Source: Epithemia pelagica
Lineage: Eukaryota > Protista > Bacillariophyta
Length of the DNA: 64,000 nucleotides
NCBI GenBank assembly: GCA_946965045.2
Contig: OX337235.1
Span: 2,294,001 to 2,358,000 of the forward strand
Reading direction: 5' to 3'
The notes beneath the pieces were generated by a model. The model worked only from the letters and a program-made list of their open reading frames with translations, had not been told where the DNA came from and made no database searches. Numbering within the stretch: the stretch's first letter is position 1; every line of letters starts with the position of its first letter. The position numbers were made by a program, and so were the translations under genes. Of this stretch, positions 54,143 to 64,000 are shown piece by piece.

Positions 54143-55264
54143 ATGTCCTCATCGTCCCATCTTTCCGCTGCGACGGCGGCCAAGAATGCCAAACAGGTTC
54201 AAAAGGTGATTGTGTTTGGTGCCACGGGTGCCATTGGTACGGAATTGGTCCAGATTCTGTGTGCCGACTATCCGCACTGGACCATTTTGGCCGTGACACG
54301 CGACCTGTCCAAATCCAGTCGTTTGGCCTCGTTGCAGCTGGCCAATGTCACGTTGGTGCAAGGAGATCCCTTTGAGAAAGCGTCGGTTGCCGGCTTGAGC
54401 CGTGACTGTGACCTTGTCTTTTGTTGCATAGGCTTTCACAAGTACCAAGCCAAGTATTGGGCCGCCCATTGGCCAACCGTCGTTCAAAATCTCTTGTCTG
54501 CCGTCCAGGAGGCCAATACCACACAAAAGACCACCACAAGAAGGCACGGCTGGCAACAACGACTGGTGTTTTGTGACAATCTGTATGCCCATGGTGCCGG
54601 ACATGCCACAGCCATTTCTACTTCCACAACATCCACAGTACCTGCTAGTTTGACTCGAGGCAAACCTCATGCTCGAAGTTGGATGCGTCAAGTTTTTGCA
54701 AGGCACATGAAGGAGCATGCTGGAACCTTGACCGTCGTGGGCGGCTCTGATTTCTTTGGCCCTCATGTCACGGATACGTCCTTTTTGGGCGATACCATTA
54801 CGGGCAAGATTGTCACAAATCAACCCGCCTTGGCCATTGGTTCCGTCCAGCACATTCACGACTTTTGTTATGCACCCGACTTTGCCCGAGCCTTGGCCAC
54901 GGTGGCGGTCCAGTACGACACGGCCTACGATCGCTTTTGGATTTGTCCCCATGCCATTCACAACAAATCCCTCCAACAAATCGCCAATGATATAGCTCAA
55001 AAGATTCATCCAAACGATCCAAAGTTGCCCACCCAGGAACAACAAGACACGAATGTGTCCTTTCTGGTTCTTGGCAAGTATCTTCTCTATCTCTTGTCTC
55101 CCTTCATGTCATTTGCGTGGGAAATGATTGAAATGAATTCGTTCTGGTCCATGGACTACCGTATTGATGATTCGGAATTCATTCAAACATTTGGTGTCCA
55201 GCCCACGGACTATGACCAAGCCTTGCAAGCCCTCGTGGATTTTTACCAGACCCGTCAGTCATGA
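54143..55264 (+). CDS. NAD-dependent epimerase/dehydratase (atypical SDR)
   Basis: VFGATGAIG, DNLYAHG, DFFGP and HDFCYAPDFARAL. Confidence 0.85.
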   Translation: MSSSSHLSAATAAKNAKQVQKVIVFGATGAIGTELVQILCADYPHWTILAVTRDLSKSSRLASLQLANVTLVQGDPFEKASVAGLSRDCDLVFCCIGFHKYQAKYWAAHWPTVVQNLLSAVQEANTTQKTTTRRHGWQQRLVFCDNLYAHGAGHATAISTSTTSTVPASLTRGKPHARSWMRQVFARHMKEHAGTLTVVGGSDFFGPHVTDTSFLGDTITGKIVTNQPALAIGSVQHIHDFCYAPDFARALATVAVQYDTAYDRFWICPHAIHNKSLQQIANDIAQKIHPNDPKLPTQEQQDTNVSFLVLGKYLLYLLSPFMSFAWEMIEMNSFWSMDYRIDDSEFIQTFGVQPTDYDQALQALVDFYQTRQS

Positions 55265-55627
55265 GCAGTCGTCGTGATAGTGTTGAAGGCCGGGGTGGCA
55301 AGGAACAAGAACATAAATACCGACAGTGTCGTTTTGCAGAATGCGTACCGTGCAGTAGATACACAATTCATATACATAGCAAAGACGTTTGTTTCTATCA
55401 CGTAGCAACTTGAATGAAGCATGGAGCATTTGCTCAGTTGGTGGGCCTTGTCCACCGTCTACACCTACATAGGAGGCGAAGATAAATTGAAATAATAGTA
55501 TAGCCTTATCGTTATGATTCCAAATCAGTCACCATATGATCTATTTATATATGTATATGCAAGCTTTATCGCAGTGTGGTGGCGCATGTGCCGAACGGCA
55601 TTTTCCCAGTTTGTACTCGGAGTAATC

Positions 55628-56302
55628 TTACCGCGGTAAAATGTGTGTAGGTATCCAGTAGCTTGATTCCATTTGAGCCATGGCAATTTCCCGAGCAAAT
55701 AGCTTGGAGGGTTGGCTAATGCGCTCGCTGTAAATGCGAATGTGGTAGTCCTTGGCTTCCTGGTCCATCCGTCTACTTTGAGAGATATGGTGAATGGCAC
55801 TGAGCAAAGATCGTTGCCTTCGGAAACCATCGGCCCGAAGTTTGGGTAGGAGGACATCTTCTATTCCCACAAGCTCGGGTGCTTGCGAATACATGGACCG
55901 CAGTCGTTCATTGCCGGTCATTCCTTTGGATTGTGCCATTGGACAACGGTCAACCTCGAGTGAATCTTGATATGTCAGGTGGAGAGTTTGCAACCATACT
56001 CGCGCACGGTGTCGATTTCCCTTCTCCATGTTAATGGTGACATTTCCATAGTCCCTCATGAATCGATCCTTGTCTTCCGAACTGTACCACACCCTTCTCT
56101 TGTCGGTGTACGAACTCAACACCTCACTCGTAGCAGCATCGTGGTATGTGTTGTTTTCCTCACAAAAGCGGACCACTCTATACTTGGGGCTTGGTCGTCG
56201 CTTGGCCCATTTCGCTTCGGGTGTTATTATGTGCGGCGACAGCGTGAGAGTGGACTCCTCTTCAGGGTACATGAGCGTGTTTCCTCTTGTGACAAGCTTC
56301 AT
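55628..56302 (-). CDS. Hypothetical protein (VRF...WYS motif type)
   Basis: 224-aa ORF; VVRFCEENN..RVWYSSEDKDRF and C-terminal YSERISQPSKLFAREIA resemble an expanded diatom family, from memory. Confidence 0.65.
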   Translation of the reverse strand: MKLVTRGNTLMYPEEESTLTLSPHIITPEAKWAKRRPSPKYRVVRFCEENNTYHDAATSEVLSSYTDKRRVWYSSEDKDRFMRDYGNVTINMEKGNRHRARVWLQTLHLTYQDSLEVDRCPMAQSKGMTGNERLRSMYSQAPELVGIEDVLLPKLRADGFRRQRSLLSAIHHISQSRRMDQEAKDYHIRIYSERISQPSKLFAREIAMAQMESSYWIPTHILPR

Positions 56303-57447
56303 TTTTCTTGCTTCCTTGTTCTTGTTTCCTCTTCTCGAGAGCAGATAATGATACGTTTATCTGAAAGATCAAGGAATCAGATGAGACGATGTGCGTTTTT
56401 AGTTTTCCAACCCGTGGCTTAAACACATGGACAGAGGGAACACCGAGTTCGAGAATTATGATGAACGGACGGAGTTGTGTTCGTGGCTTAGAAAATGGGG
56501 AGGACTTCGTCGATCAGTCAGGACTTGTCGCCCGGCGTCTTATTAACTATTAGCGAGGGCTATTCATTAAAGTAGTTCTGCTGTACTCGTACGAGTACGA
56601 GTATGATGCAGATCCACACGTGCACACTCGTATCCCATAAATCATTGTCATGAGGAGTACATTATTATTGTTTATTGACCTTTCCGTACTACCGATCGTT
56701 AGCTTCGTTGCGCTTTCCGTTCAGTCGAGTAGACCACCAACTGCAATAAGGGTAGCTAATAGATGATAGACTATCGAAAAATCAATCGGGAACGAGGCAC
56801 ATCTACTCCTAGAACATAGAACATACAATACGATTGAGATGAATGTTGAAACAATTGAAACTGGTCTGTTGCTGCTTATCTCTCAGTCAAGCAACAGCTA
56901 TAAATGAGCTCTAACAGCTTCTACTGTCTGGTCAGAAGAGCATAAAGACCTCACACATTCAACACGAACAAGTGGAACCTTATTGCGATTGGAGTTGTAT
57001 CATTGCGAGAGGGTATGACTCGTGCATCAAAGTCGCAGCGGCAATCGATTTTTCTTCCTCTCAAGTCTGTTTGTGCTCCATCGTTGACTGTTGCAGGTTG
57101 GAGAGGGACAATGATTCATTCGTGCCTTTTTGTTCGTTCCACGAAGCACTGCACCTAGTCCTAACTCTTCACTTGAGCAGTTGTCTTTGTAGCCTAGGAG
57201 TACTCCTATAATTCAAATGTAGCGGGGGCGAATTCAAAGTCCACTCTTCTCTCAAGTGATCTTTCGATTTCGAGTGGCTATGATATAGGAGTATGATCTA
57301 TGATCTGCTTTGATGTCTAAACCAGCTACCCTCGAGAGAGAAACAGGGATTCAGTCGCTTTTGTTGCCACATTCCTTGTTGTTCCAGAATCTTTTGTGTG
57401 TATCCACTTTTTTTTTGGATTCTTCGTTTCTCTTGTGTTTGCACACC

Positions 57448-59202
57448 ATGTTTGGAGAGAAGAAACCGTTGCTTGCCACTTCTGATCATGTTTCACTCCC
57501 GAAACACCATACGACAGAGTGGAGCCAGGGAGATGTGGAAGCCTGGCGGGCGTTGATGAAAGGAACTCATGATTCTGCGATAAACTTTTCATATGAATGG
57601 CGAATGAAGCAGCTAGGTGCCATGCGACGCATGATCGTGGAAAATACCAATCTTTTGGTGGAATCTTTGAACAAAGATTTGGGTAAGGAAAAAACGGAAG
57701 CTATTGGAACTGAAATTAGTCAGATTCTGGGGGAGATTACCTACTTTGAACGTAATCTGAAGAATTTGATGAAACCGCAGCACGTCGCCTCTCCGGGGTT
57801 GTTTGCACCCGCTTTTACATGGATCGAAAGACGTCCACTTTTGGGCCCGGCTGTCTTGGTTATTGGTCCATCAAACTACCCTGTTTCCTTGTGCTGTCAA
57901 CCTGCGGTTGGCAGTTTGGTGGCCGGAAATCCAACGGTTATCAAACCATCAGAACTCTGCCCTGCTGTTTGCGATACCTTGGCAAAGTTGGTGCCGCAAT
58001 ACTTTGATCCAAGTGACTGCCGAGTAGTCTTGGGATCCGCGGAACAAACAAAGCTACTACTTCGGTATCCATGGGGCAAAGTCTTTTTCACTGGAAGTCC
58101 TCGAGTTGGACGACTCGTTGCCCAACAAACGGCAGTTACGCTCACACCAACCGTTCTTGAATTGGGTGGCAAGTCTCCATGTTACATTGACGAGGAAACC
58201 TGCTCCTCCTTTGATTGGAAATTGCTTGCAAATCGAATCATGTGGGCCAAGTTGTTGAACGTTGGACAAACCTGCGCGGCTGTCGATTATCTCATTGTAC
58301 CCCAATCCAAGGTGGACATGTTGTTGTCGCATCTCAAAGAAGCTATTACAACCCAGTTTGGCTCTGACCCGTCCAAAGGAGAACTTGGTCGTATCCTTCA
58401 GGCGAAACCACACGCGCAACGTCACGTTGACATAATTGAAGAACTGGAGAGGACAGCGTCTGAGCAAGAACGCGCGACAAACAGGCTTGGCAACGACAAA
58501 CCATCCTGTCAGATTGTGTCGGGTGGGTCAGCCTTTTGTCGCCCCGAAGAAAAGTACATTTGCCCTACGATAGTTCTCAATCCACCGATTGACAGTCGTG
58601 TAATGAAAGAAGAAATTTTTGGTCCAATTCTTCCCATTGTCACGGTGAAGGACCGCCAGGAAGCCATTGACCTCATGCATGCTGTAGAGACCTCCGCCGG
58701 CACTCCGCTGTGCATGTACGTCTTTACCGATTCGCACGACGTTTTCACTCAGATAACCACGTCATGTCGTGCGGGGTCAGTCATGCGCAATGACTGTTTG
58801 GTTCACCTGGCAAGTCACCAAATTCCTTTTGGCGGGTTGGGCCAGTCTGGAATGGGCGTCTATCATGGACCACACTCATTCAATACCTTTTCCCAGGCAT
58901 TGCCTTGCATGTATCGACCATTGATTCCTGGTTCAGATTTGAATGGAATTCGCATGCACCCATTTGGCACTGGAATGAAAGTGAAATTGGTCATGACAGG
59001 TCTGCATATACCCTACATTCCTGCCATTTTCCCTCGCAGCATTACCTTCAACTGGACTCTTGGTCTGATGGGAATGAGCCTAGTGTTAGCGAAGCTATTC
59101 CCTGGAGCAGCGACATTTTGCATGCAACCGGTTCTATCGGCTGTAGCCAATGGTCTAAGGTGGCTGGCTGACCACCTATCAGCAGGAGAAGATGTATACT
59201 AG
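57448..59202 (+). CDS. Aldehyde dehydrogenase family 3 (fatty aldehyde dehydrogenase-like) with C-terminal hydrophobic anchor
   Basis: PSNYP, IKPSE, FTGS, LELGGKSP, GQTC, EEIFGP and PFGGLGQSGMG. Confidence 0.92.
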   Translation: MFGEKKPLLATSDHVSLPKHHTTEWSQGDVEAWRALMKGTHDSAINFSYEWRMKQLGAMRRMIVENTNLLVESLNKDLGKEKTEAIGTEISQILGEITYFERNLKNLMKPQHVASPGLFAPAFTWIERRPLLGPAVLVIGPSNYPVSLCCQPAVGSLVAGNPTVIKPSELCPAVCDTLAKLVPQYFDPSDCRVVLGSAEQTKLLLRYPWGKVFFTGSPRVGRLVAQQTAVTLTPTVLELGGKSPCYIDEETCSSFDWKLLANRIMWAKLLNVGQTCAAVDYLIVPQSKVDMLLSHLKEAITTQFGSDPSKGELGRILQAKPHAQRHVDIIEELERTASEQERATNRLGNDKPSCQIVSGGSAFCRPEEKYICPTIVLNPPIDSRVMKEEIFGPILPIVTVKDRQEAIDLMHAVETSAGTPLCMYVFTDSHDVFTQITTSCRAGSVMRNDCLVHLASHQIPFGGLGQSGMGVYHGPHSFNTFSQALPCMYRPLIPGSDLNGIRMHPFGTGMKVKLVMTGLHIPYIPAIFPRSITFNWTLGLMGMSLVLAKLFPGAATFCMQPVLSAVANGLRWLADHLSAGEDVY

Positions 59203-59293
59203 TCATCAACACCTTGTTCCAAAACGTCTATACATCCATGGTATCGAGGTATAGAGATACATTACAGTAGACTCAGCGTTGCTCGAAGCCCGA

Positions 59294-61040
59294 CTAGGCC
59301 TGGTTGAGTCGGAATGAGCTGAGTAGTGCTTCTGGACAAGTTCTTATCATCAAATGCATTGTGTTGTAGTCCGCAATACCGTTCAATGCCGCATAGTGGA
59401 CAGGCATTAGCCCTCTTCCACATGGTTCCCGCAATGTCGCTGGATCTTTGCTCACCAACAACTTCACTAATCGATAAAGATATGATGCCAATTTCTTCTT
59501 CTTGCTGCCATCCTTATCATCCTGACATTCTTTCACAATCCGTGGATTTTTGATGCACGCATAATGAATGGGCAAGTAGCCTGCATGACAGGGAATCCAT
59601 ATGGCCTTTGAGTCTTGTTTCATCACAAGCTCTAAAAGTGGCAGAGGGCAGAATTGGTGACATGCCATGTGCAACGCACGTCGTCCATGTCCGTCCGGAA
59701 AGAGTCGATGTGCTGCCATTTCACCCTTGATGCGAATGGGATCCAAAAAGTCTGTTTGCATGTATTCTTCCCAATCTTTCAACCAGTACATGTGAAGCGC
59801 TTCACAGAAACAACCTCTTTGTTCACGAAGATAGAGGTCAGTATGGATTATAGAAAGCATCCACAAGGCCAACCAAGAGTCCGGCTTCCCTCCAAGAATA
59901 CGAATGCAACTCTTTGCAAACTTGAAGAAGGATTCCGAGCTGAGCACACAAATGCGGTAAAATGAATTCCGACTTGGAGTACGTACTAGGTAGATCATAA
60001 ACGTTGAGATCCAAACCCTTGTTTTGCAACAACAAATTGAAGGGTGTTTCACCATTGTTGTTCAAAGCGAGCATGGCTTGCTTGTAACATCTTGTAAGAT
60101 ATGCGACAGCCTCAACACTGATACCGTTCCTACATGCTATATGCAAAGGAAGATCTCCATTGCTGTCAGGAATCGAAATTGCTTCTCGGTAGCGCTTGAA
60201 TAGAAATTGGAGCAGTTGCAACGATAAGGATTGGTATCGGGAGTGTTTTTTCGCACATGCCAGATGGAGAGGGAGACGTTGATGGTCGTTGGGGTCAGGC
60301 CTGAAAAGGTGGTGTTTGAATATGGTTGCCACACGAATGAATTGGTAGATTCCATAGCTAATGGCGCCGCCATGTTGTAAGACATAATGTACTGGCAGCT
60401 GGCTCTGACACAGTAATTTCACGGCGAGTGGTTCCATGCTCTGTTCACAAGCAAAGTACATCCACCCAACGGCATGCCTTGGCTCATGTTGGCCACACGA
60501 TGAAACCAAATATCTTATGTTCTGGATGGCATCAAAGCGTAGTTTCGGTATCATTGAATACGGCTCACCCACGTCGTCATCCTCCGATCCACGACGAAGC
60601 GTCTCCTTATGATTTTCAAGAAACCGTGTTATTTCGGATGGGGGCATTATCTTGTGCTCATCCGAAAAGTATTCATGAATCAGTTGCATGACTTGAATAC
60701 TTGGGTATTCTGCTGAAATCACGGCACGGTCAATGAAAAAGAGGTAGTCAGCGGAATCGAGATCGCGACGATAGTGATCCAGGAGCACACGAATGACATC
60801 AAGGTTGGGGCTTGTCGAAGAAGAGAGAGCGAGGTCGAACAAGGTTCGCATATTGAGGTTTTCCGTATTTGTAGTACTCATGCTCAAAAGATACCTCAAA
60901 TCATTCAACGAAGTGCACGACAATGATGACCATTCATCATAGTCGCAATGCATTGTCACAATATATCGAATGGCACGTTCCAAAGCAGAAGACTTGGAAT
61001 CACTCTGTGCCTGGAAATGCTCAAGCAGTTTCATTGTCAT
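59294..61040 (-). CDS. Ankyrin-repeat protein; two ORF frames probably joined by an intron near 59815-59905
   Basis: Repeated LPLHLAC, LPLHIAC, ALHMAC, LPIHYAC and MPVHYAA; splice sites not fixed. Confidence 0.75.
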
Positions 61041-61556
61041 ATTTTATAGTTTGTATTCTCCTGTTCTGGGACCCAATAGTGGTCTGTTCCATCGTCTTTG
61101 TCTTTTTAGCTTTTTTGTGTCTTGATCTTGGGAGGAAAAAGGAAAAGGGAACACGAACACGTCTGGAGCACACGTCTGTCATCTGTCATCCCCTACATTA
61201 AAATAGAAGCATCATCTAGTGGAAAACGGTTCCATACTACTCGAGCTTTATATAAGCCTTTTTGTGGGACTGACCTATATATTATTGCCCATTCCGTATC
61301 TTCAATCGTGATTCGTAATATCTGTTATCTGTTGGGCTTTGATTCTGTGCATCCATCCACAACATTGCTTCCACATAACACATGGGCATGGAGCATGGAG
61401 GTGGTCATGATCAACTAAAACGGAAGCAAAAGAAAACAAAAGCCTTGGATTCAAGATTCAGCATGTCGCAAAAGAACCCAAGTTTCAGACGACAGGAGGG
61501 GGTATCAAAGATTAATCTCGTTACTTTTCGCAACAACAGCAACCAAGAGAGACACG

Positions 61557-63986
61557 ATGGAAGAATCTCCAATGGTGAATGCAGAGGAGACTTCAGATGG
61601 GTGGACCGGAAAGATCATCCAAACAGCACAGGGGCTTGAAAAGTTTGTCATTGTAATGGGACAGTTTACCGATGCACTTCCATTTGGATCTGCCGTGTCG
61701 ATTGTGGTATCTCACATTCAAGAGGCTCGAGAACTACAACGACTTGCCCAAGTCAAGGAAAAAACTATTATAGCATCGATTCGACGAACCGAAAAGACTT
61801 TGCAACAGCTCGAAGAGAATCAAGTTTCGGATCAGTCCAAACATCGGCCCGTACAAAACCTCTTGTCGGAGTATGCAAAGTTGTTGGGAAATGTGGATAA
61901 TTTGTGCAAGGCGTGGAATCGATGCAACTGTATGCAGCAAATGTGCTATTCATCCAGGTACAATGATCAGTTTGACGACCTGACGCAGGACATGGCTGCC
62001 CTCAAGGCCGATCTGACACTCAGTACCATTGCCAAAGTGGACGCAGAAGCACGTGTTCATGCTCAGCAAACACAGTCTGCCATTGTGAGTGCAGATCAGG
62101 CAGCACAAGGGCGATTCGAAGAAACCAAGATGCAATTGAATGAGGCCGCCATGGTCCAGGAAGAAACAAGGTCGCACATTTTGGACCTCAAAGAATTGGT
62201 AGCAAATTCCGTCACAACAAACGCAATGACTCTGGAAATGACTCAGGAATGGGATTCTATCATGCGGTTTGATTGGACAGCGAAAAGCATTGGCGTTGTG
62301 ACTGATGCATGTCGAGCAGTGGTCGTGGGTCTGGTGGAACCCAAAGATTCTCCCCATCAATTGTTGTTGCTGCAATTCTTTGACACTGAAGAGCAGTACG
62401 AATACGGCAAGTCTTCAAGAAGTGGTGGTCGAATCATATCTTCCCAGCGACCCACATGGGCCATGACGATGGAAGCGCAAGAAATGAAAACGGTCCGAAC
62501 AGCCTTTCGAAAGCAGCAGCAGAACAACGCTTCCAATGGAGAAGCACCTTCGAATGAACCAATATTGATCCATCAAGAACCCTTGCTTGATGATGCGGAC
62601 TGGTACACCCGGGCATGGTGGGTTCCTTCCAACAAAGATGGGTGTTTGGGAATGCGTCTGGAGGTTAAGGCCTCCCAAGAACTTTTTCCAACAGTTCATT
62701 TTATCTTATTTGCTCTACAAGGCGATTTCTTTCGCAAAATTGGACCACCCAAGGACGAGACTCTCAGCAGTCAAGATCAGTTGACTTTGCGAGCAAAAGC
62801 CCTCCAGGAAGCGAGACAAATGCACAAACTACCAGCAAAGGTACGTAAGGGCCCACTTGTTGAAAATCCTCTGCTGTTCCCGAGTGAGAAAAAGTCGATC
62901 AAAACAGATTATGCGCCCGATGGAGATTCTCCCATGACAATTGAGATCGACAGCACTGGTGGAACGACGTACCATGAACAAGCAAATGCATCCCCAAAGT
63001 CCGTCAATCAGAATTTCATTAGCGGGAAAATCACTCTGCGAAACCCCACGGATCAAGATATTACTGTTCGTTCGGTGCAGGCCCATGTCAAGGAAGCTGG
63101 TGGGCACTTTGTGGACGCAAGCTGCGCCTTTGTGCCTGACTATAGCACACGCCAGGCAGTTTATGTAGGGTTTTACAAGGGTTCATTCATGAAATGGGGC
63201 GTTCGTCATCCGGAAGTCGAATGGATCAAAGAGGGCCACGAATTCACAATCAAGGCAAGGGATAAAATGGAAGTCGTAGTGCGAGTGATTTGGACCTTGG
63301 ACAACTGCAAAGCGTACAACGGGATGCCGCTGAATATGCGTATTCATTCCCAGATGGTTGACCTGGTGACGACCCGAGCCACGTTTGTCCAAGAATCAGG
63401 TCAGAAAGTGTCTGTCTGCTGGGATTGTACAAATGAAGTATTGGAAGATCGATCGTTTACCAATTACGAAGAATTGGTTTCCATGCCTGGTGAACGGGAT
63501 CCCCAGATTCCGTTGTGGAGAGAACGTCGGTTGCGAGGAATTGGAGATGACCATCAATGTCATATTTGGCTACATCTTGATGATCCAGATTCGTTGCTAC
63601 GATACTACATTGTTGTCACATCTCCAAAGAATGACCCCACGTATTGGATGATTCGAGCGGGACAAACTTCTGACAAATTCCCTTCCAATCATCATATTAT
63701 CCGACCCAAAGATCTCGAACGCATCGCATTCGACGCAAAGCATACACACAAATCTACCTCGAGTTCACCGACGAGAACCGTAGTTGTGGACAAGTCCTCT
63801 TCCTGGTCTTACGCTTCGAAAATATGCCATGTTCGTGTCTTCGTTGACCTTGATCGCCAAGTCGTGTATGGTTTACAAGCAGAAATAGAGTTGCCGCAAA
63901 GCAAGGGGGGTGGCGATAAGGCGACAACAGTGTATAGTGATACCATGTACTTTGACTGGGATATGTTCCGGGATGAGAGCACTTAG
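61557..63986 (+). CDS. Hypothetical 809-aa protein with helical-bundle/coiled-coil N-terminus (MLKL-NTD-like, tentative)
   Basis: Long intact ORF; the first ~160 aa are amphipathic helices (LPFGSAVSIVVSHI...YNDQFDDLTQDM..DLTL). Confidence 0.75.
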   Translation: MEESPMVNAEETSDGWTGKIIQTAQGLEKFVIVMGQFTDALPFGSAVSIVVSHIQEARELQRLAQVKEKTIIASIRRTEKTLQQLEENQVSDQSKHRPVQNLLSEYAKLLGNVDNLCKAWNRCNCMQQMCYSSRYNDQFDDLTQDMAALKADLTLSTIAKVDAEARVHAQQTQSAIVSADQAAQGRFEETKMQLNEAAMVQEETRSHILDLKELVANSVTTNAMTLEMTQEWDSIMRFDWTAKSIGVVTDACRAVVVGLVEPKDSPHQLLLLQFFDTEEQYEYGKSSRSGGRIISSQRPTWAMTMEAQEMKTVRTAFRKQQQNNASNGEAPSNEPILIHQEPLLDDADWYTRAWWVPSNKDGCLGMRLEVKASQELFPTVHFILFALQGDFFRKIGPPKDETLSSQDQLTLRAKALQEARQMHKLPAKVRKGPLVENPLLFPSEKKSIKTDYAPDGDSPMTIEIDSTGGTTYHEQANASPKSVNQNFISGKITLRNPTDQDITVRSVQAHVKEAGGHFVDASCAFVPDYSTRQAVYVGFYKGSFMKWGVRHPEVEWIKEGHEFTIKARDKMEVVVRVIWTLDNCKAYNGMPLNMRIHSQMVDLVTTRATFVQESGQKVSVCWDCTNEVLEDRSFTNYEELVSMPGERDPQIPLWRERRLRGIGDDHQCHIWLHLDDPDSLLRYYIVVTSPKNDPTYWMIRAGQTSDKFPSNHHIIRPKDLERIAFDAKHTHKSTSSSPTRTVVVDKSSSWSYASKICHVRVFVDLDRQVVYGLQAEIELPQSKGGGDKATTVYSDTMYFDWDMFRDEST

Positions 63987-64000
63987 CAAACAGCTCCGCA

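Noticed and set aside
53574-54209. 211-aa Cys/His-rich ORF
   Set aside because: Non-ATG start, no domain, and it overlaps the SDR start; probably intergenic.
1-64000. tRNA or rRNA genes
   Set aside because: No cloverleaf or rRNA-like sequence was recognised; only short tRNA-complementary PBS motifs.

Overview
Eukaryotic, gene-dense DNA with short GT-AG introns, most consistent with a diatom (inferred from the CoDi-like Copia elements, HA-domain genes and bipartite-type N-termini). About 24 host genes are present, including an amino-acid transporter, a CobS-CobT fusion next to homoserine O-acetyltransferase, a head-to-head pair of HA-domain genes, PIMT, a sulfotransferase, an ABC1/ADCK kinase, GPDH, YidD-like, two mitochondrial carriers, a CRTISO-like oxidoreductase, ALDH3, an ankyrin protein and a possible MLKL-NTD-like protein. 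Three retroelement insertions have resolved junctions. (1) A 5'-truncated RT-RNaseH-CCHC LINE (24673-37068, minus, 16-bp TSD, T-run 3' end) splits a ~100-bp bidirectional promoter. (2) Nested inside it is Copia element A (26358-34118), with non-canonical TA...TA LTR ends, a PBS matching the anticodon arm of tRNA-Asn, a chromodomain-like segment and a 2-bp frameshift. (3) Intact Copia element B (39828-46160) has identical LTRs and a 6-bp TSD, and it disrupts an FkbM methyltransferase gene. Its gag and pol are in frame and separated only by one UGA in a CAA-CCA context with a hairpin 8 nt downstream, the signature of programmed readthrough; its PBS matches the D-arm of initiator tRNA-Met. The readthrough signal and the two internal-tRNA primer sites are the most unusual observations. 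All family assignments come from motif recognition by eye, without database searches.
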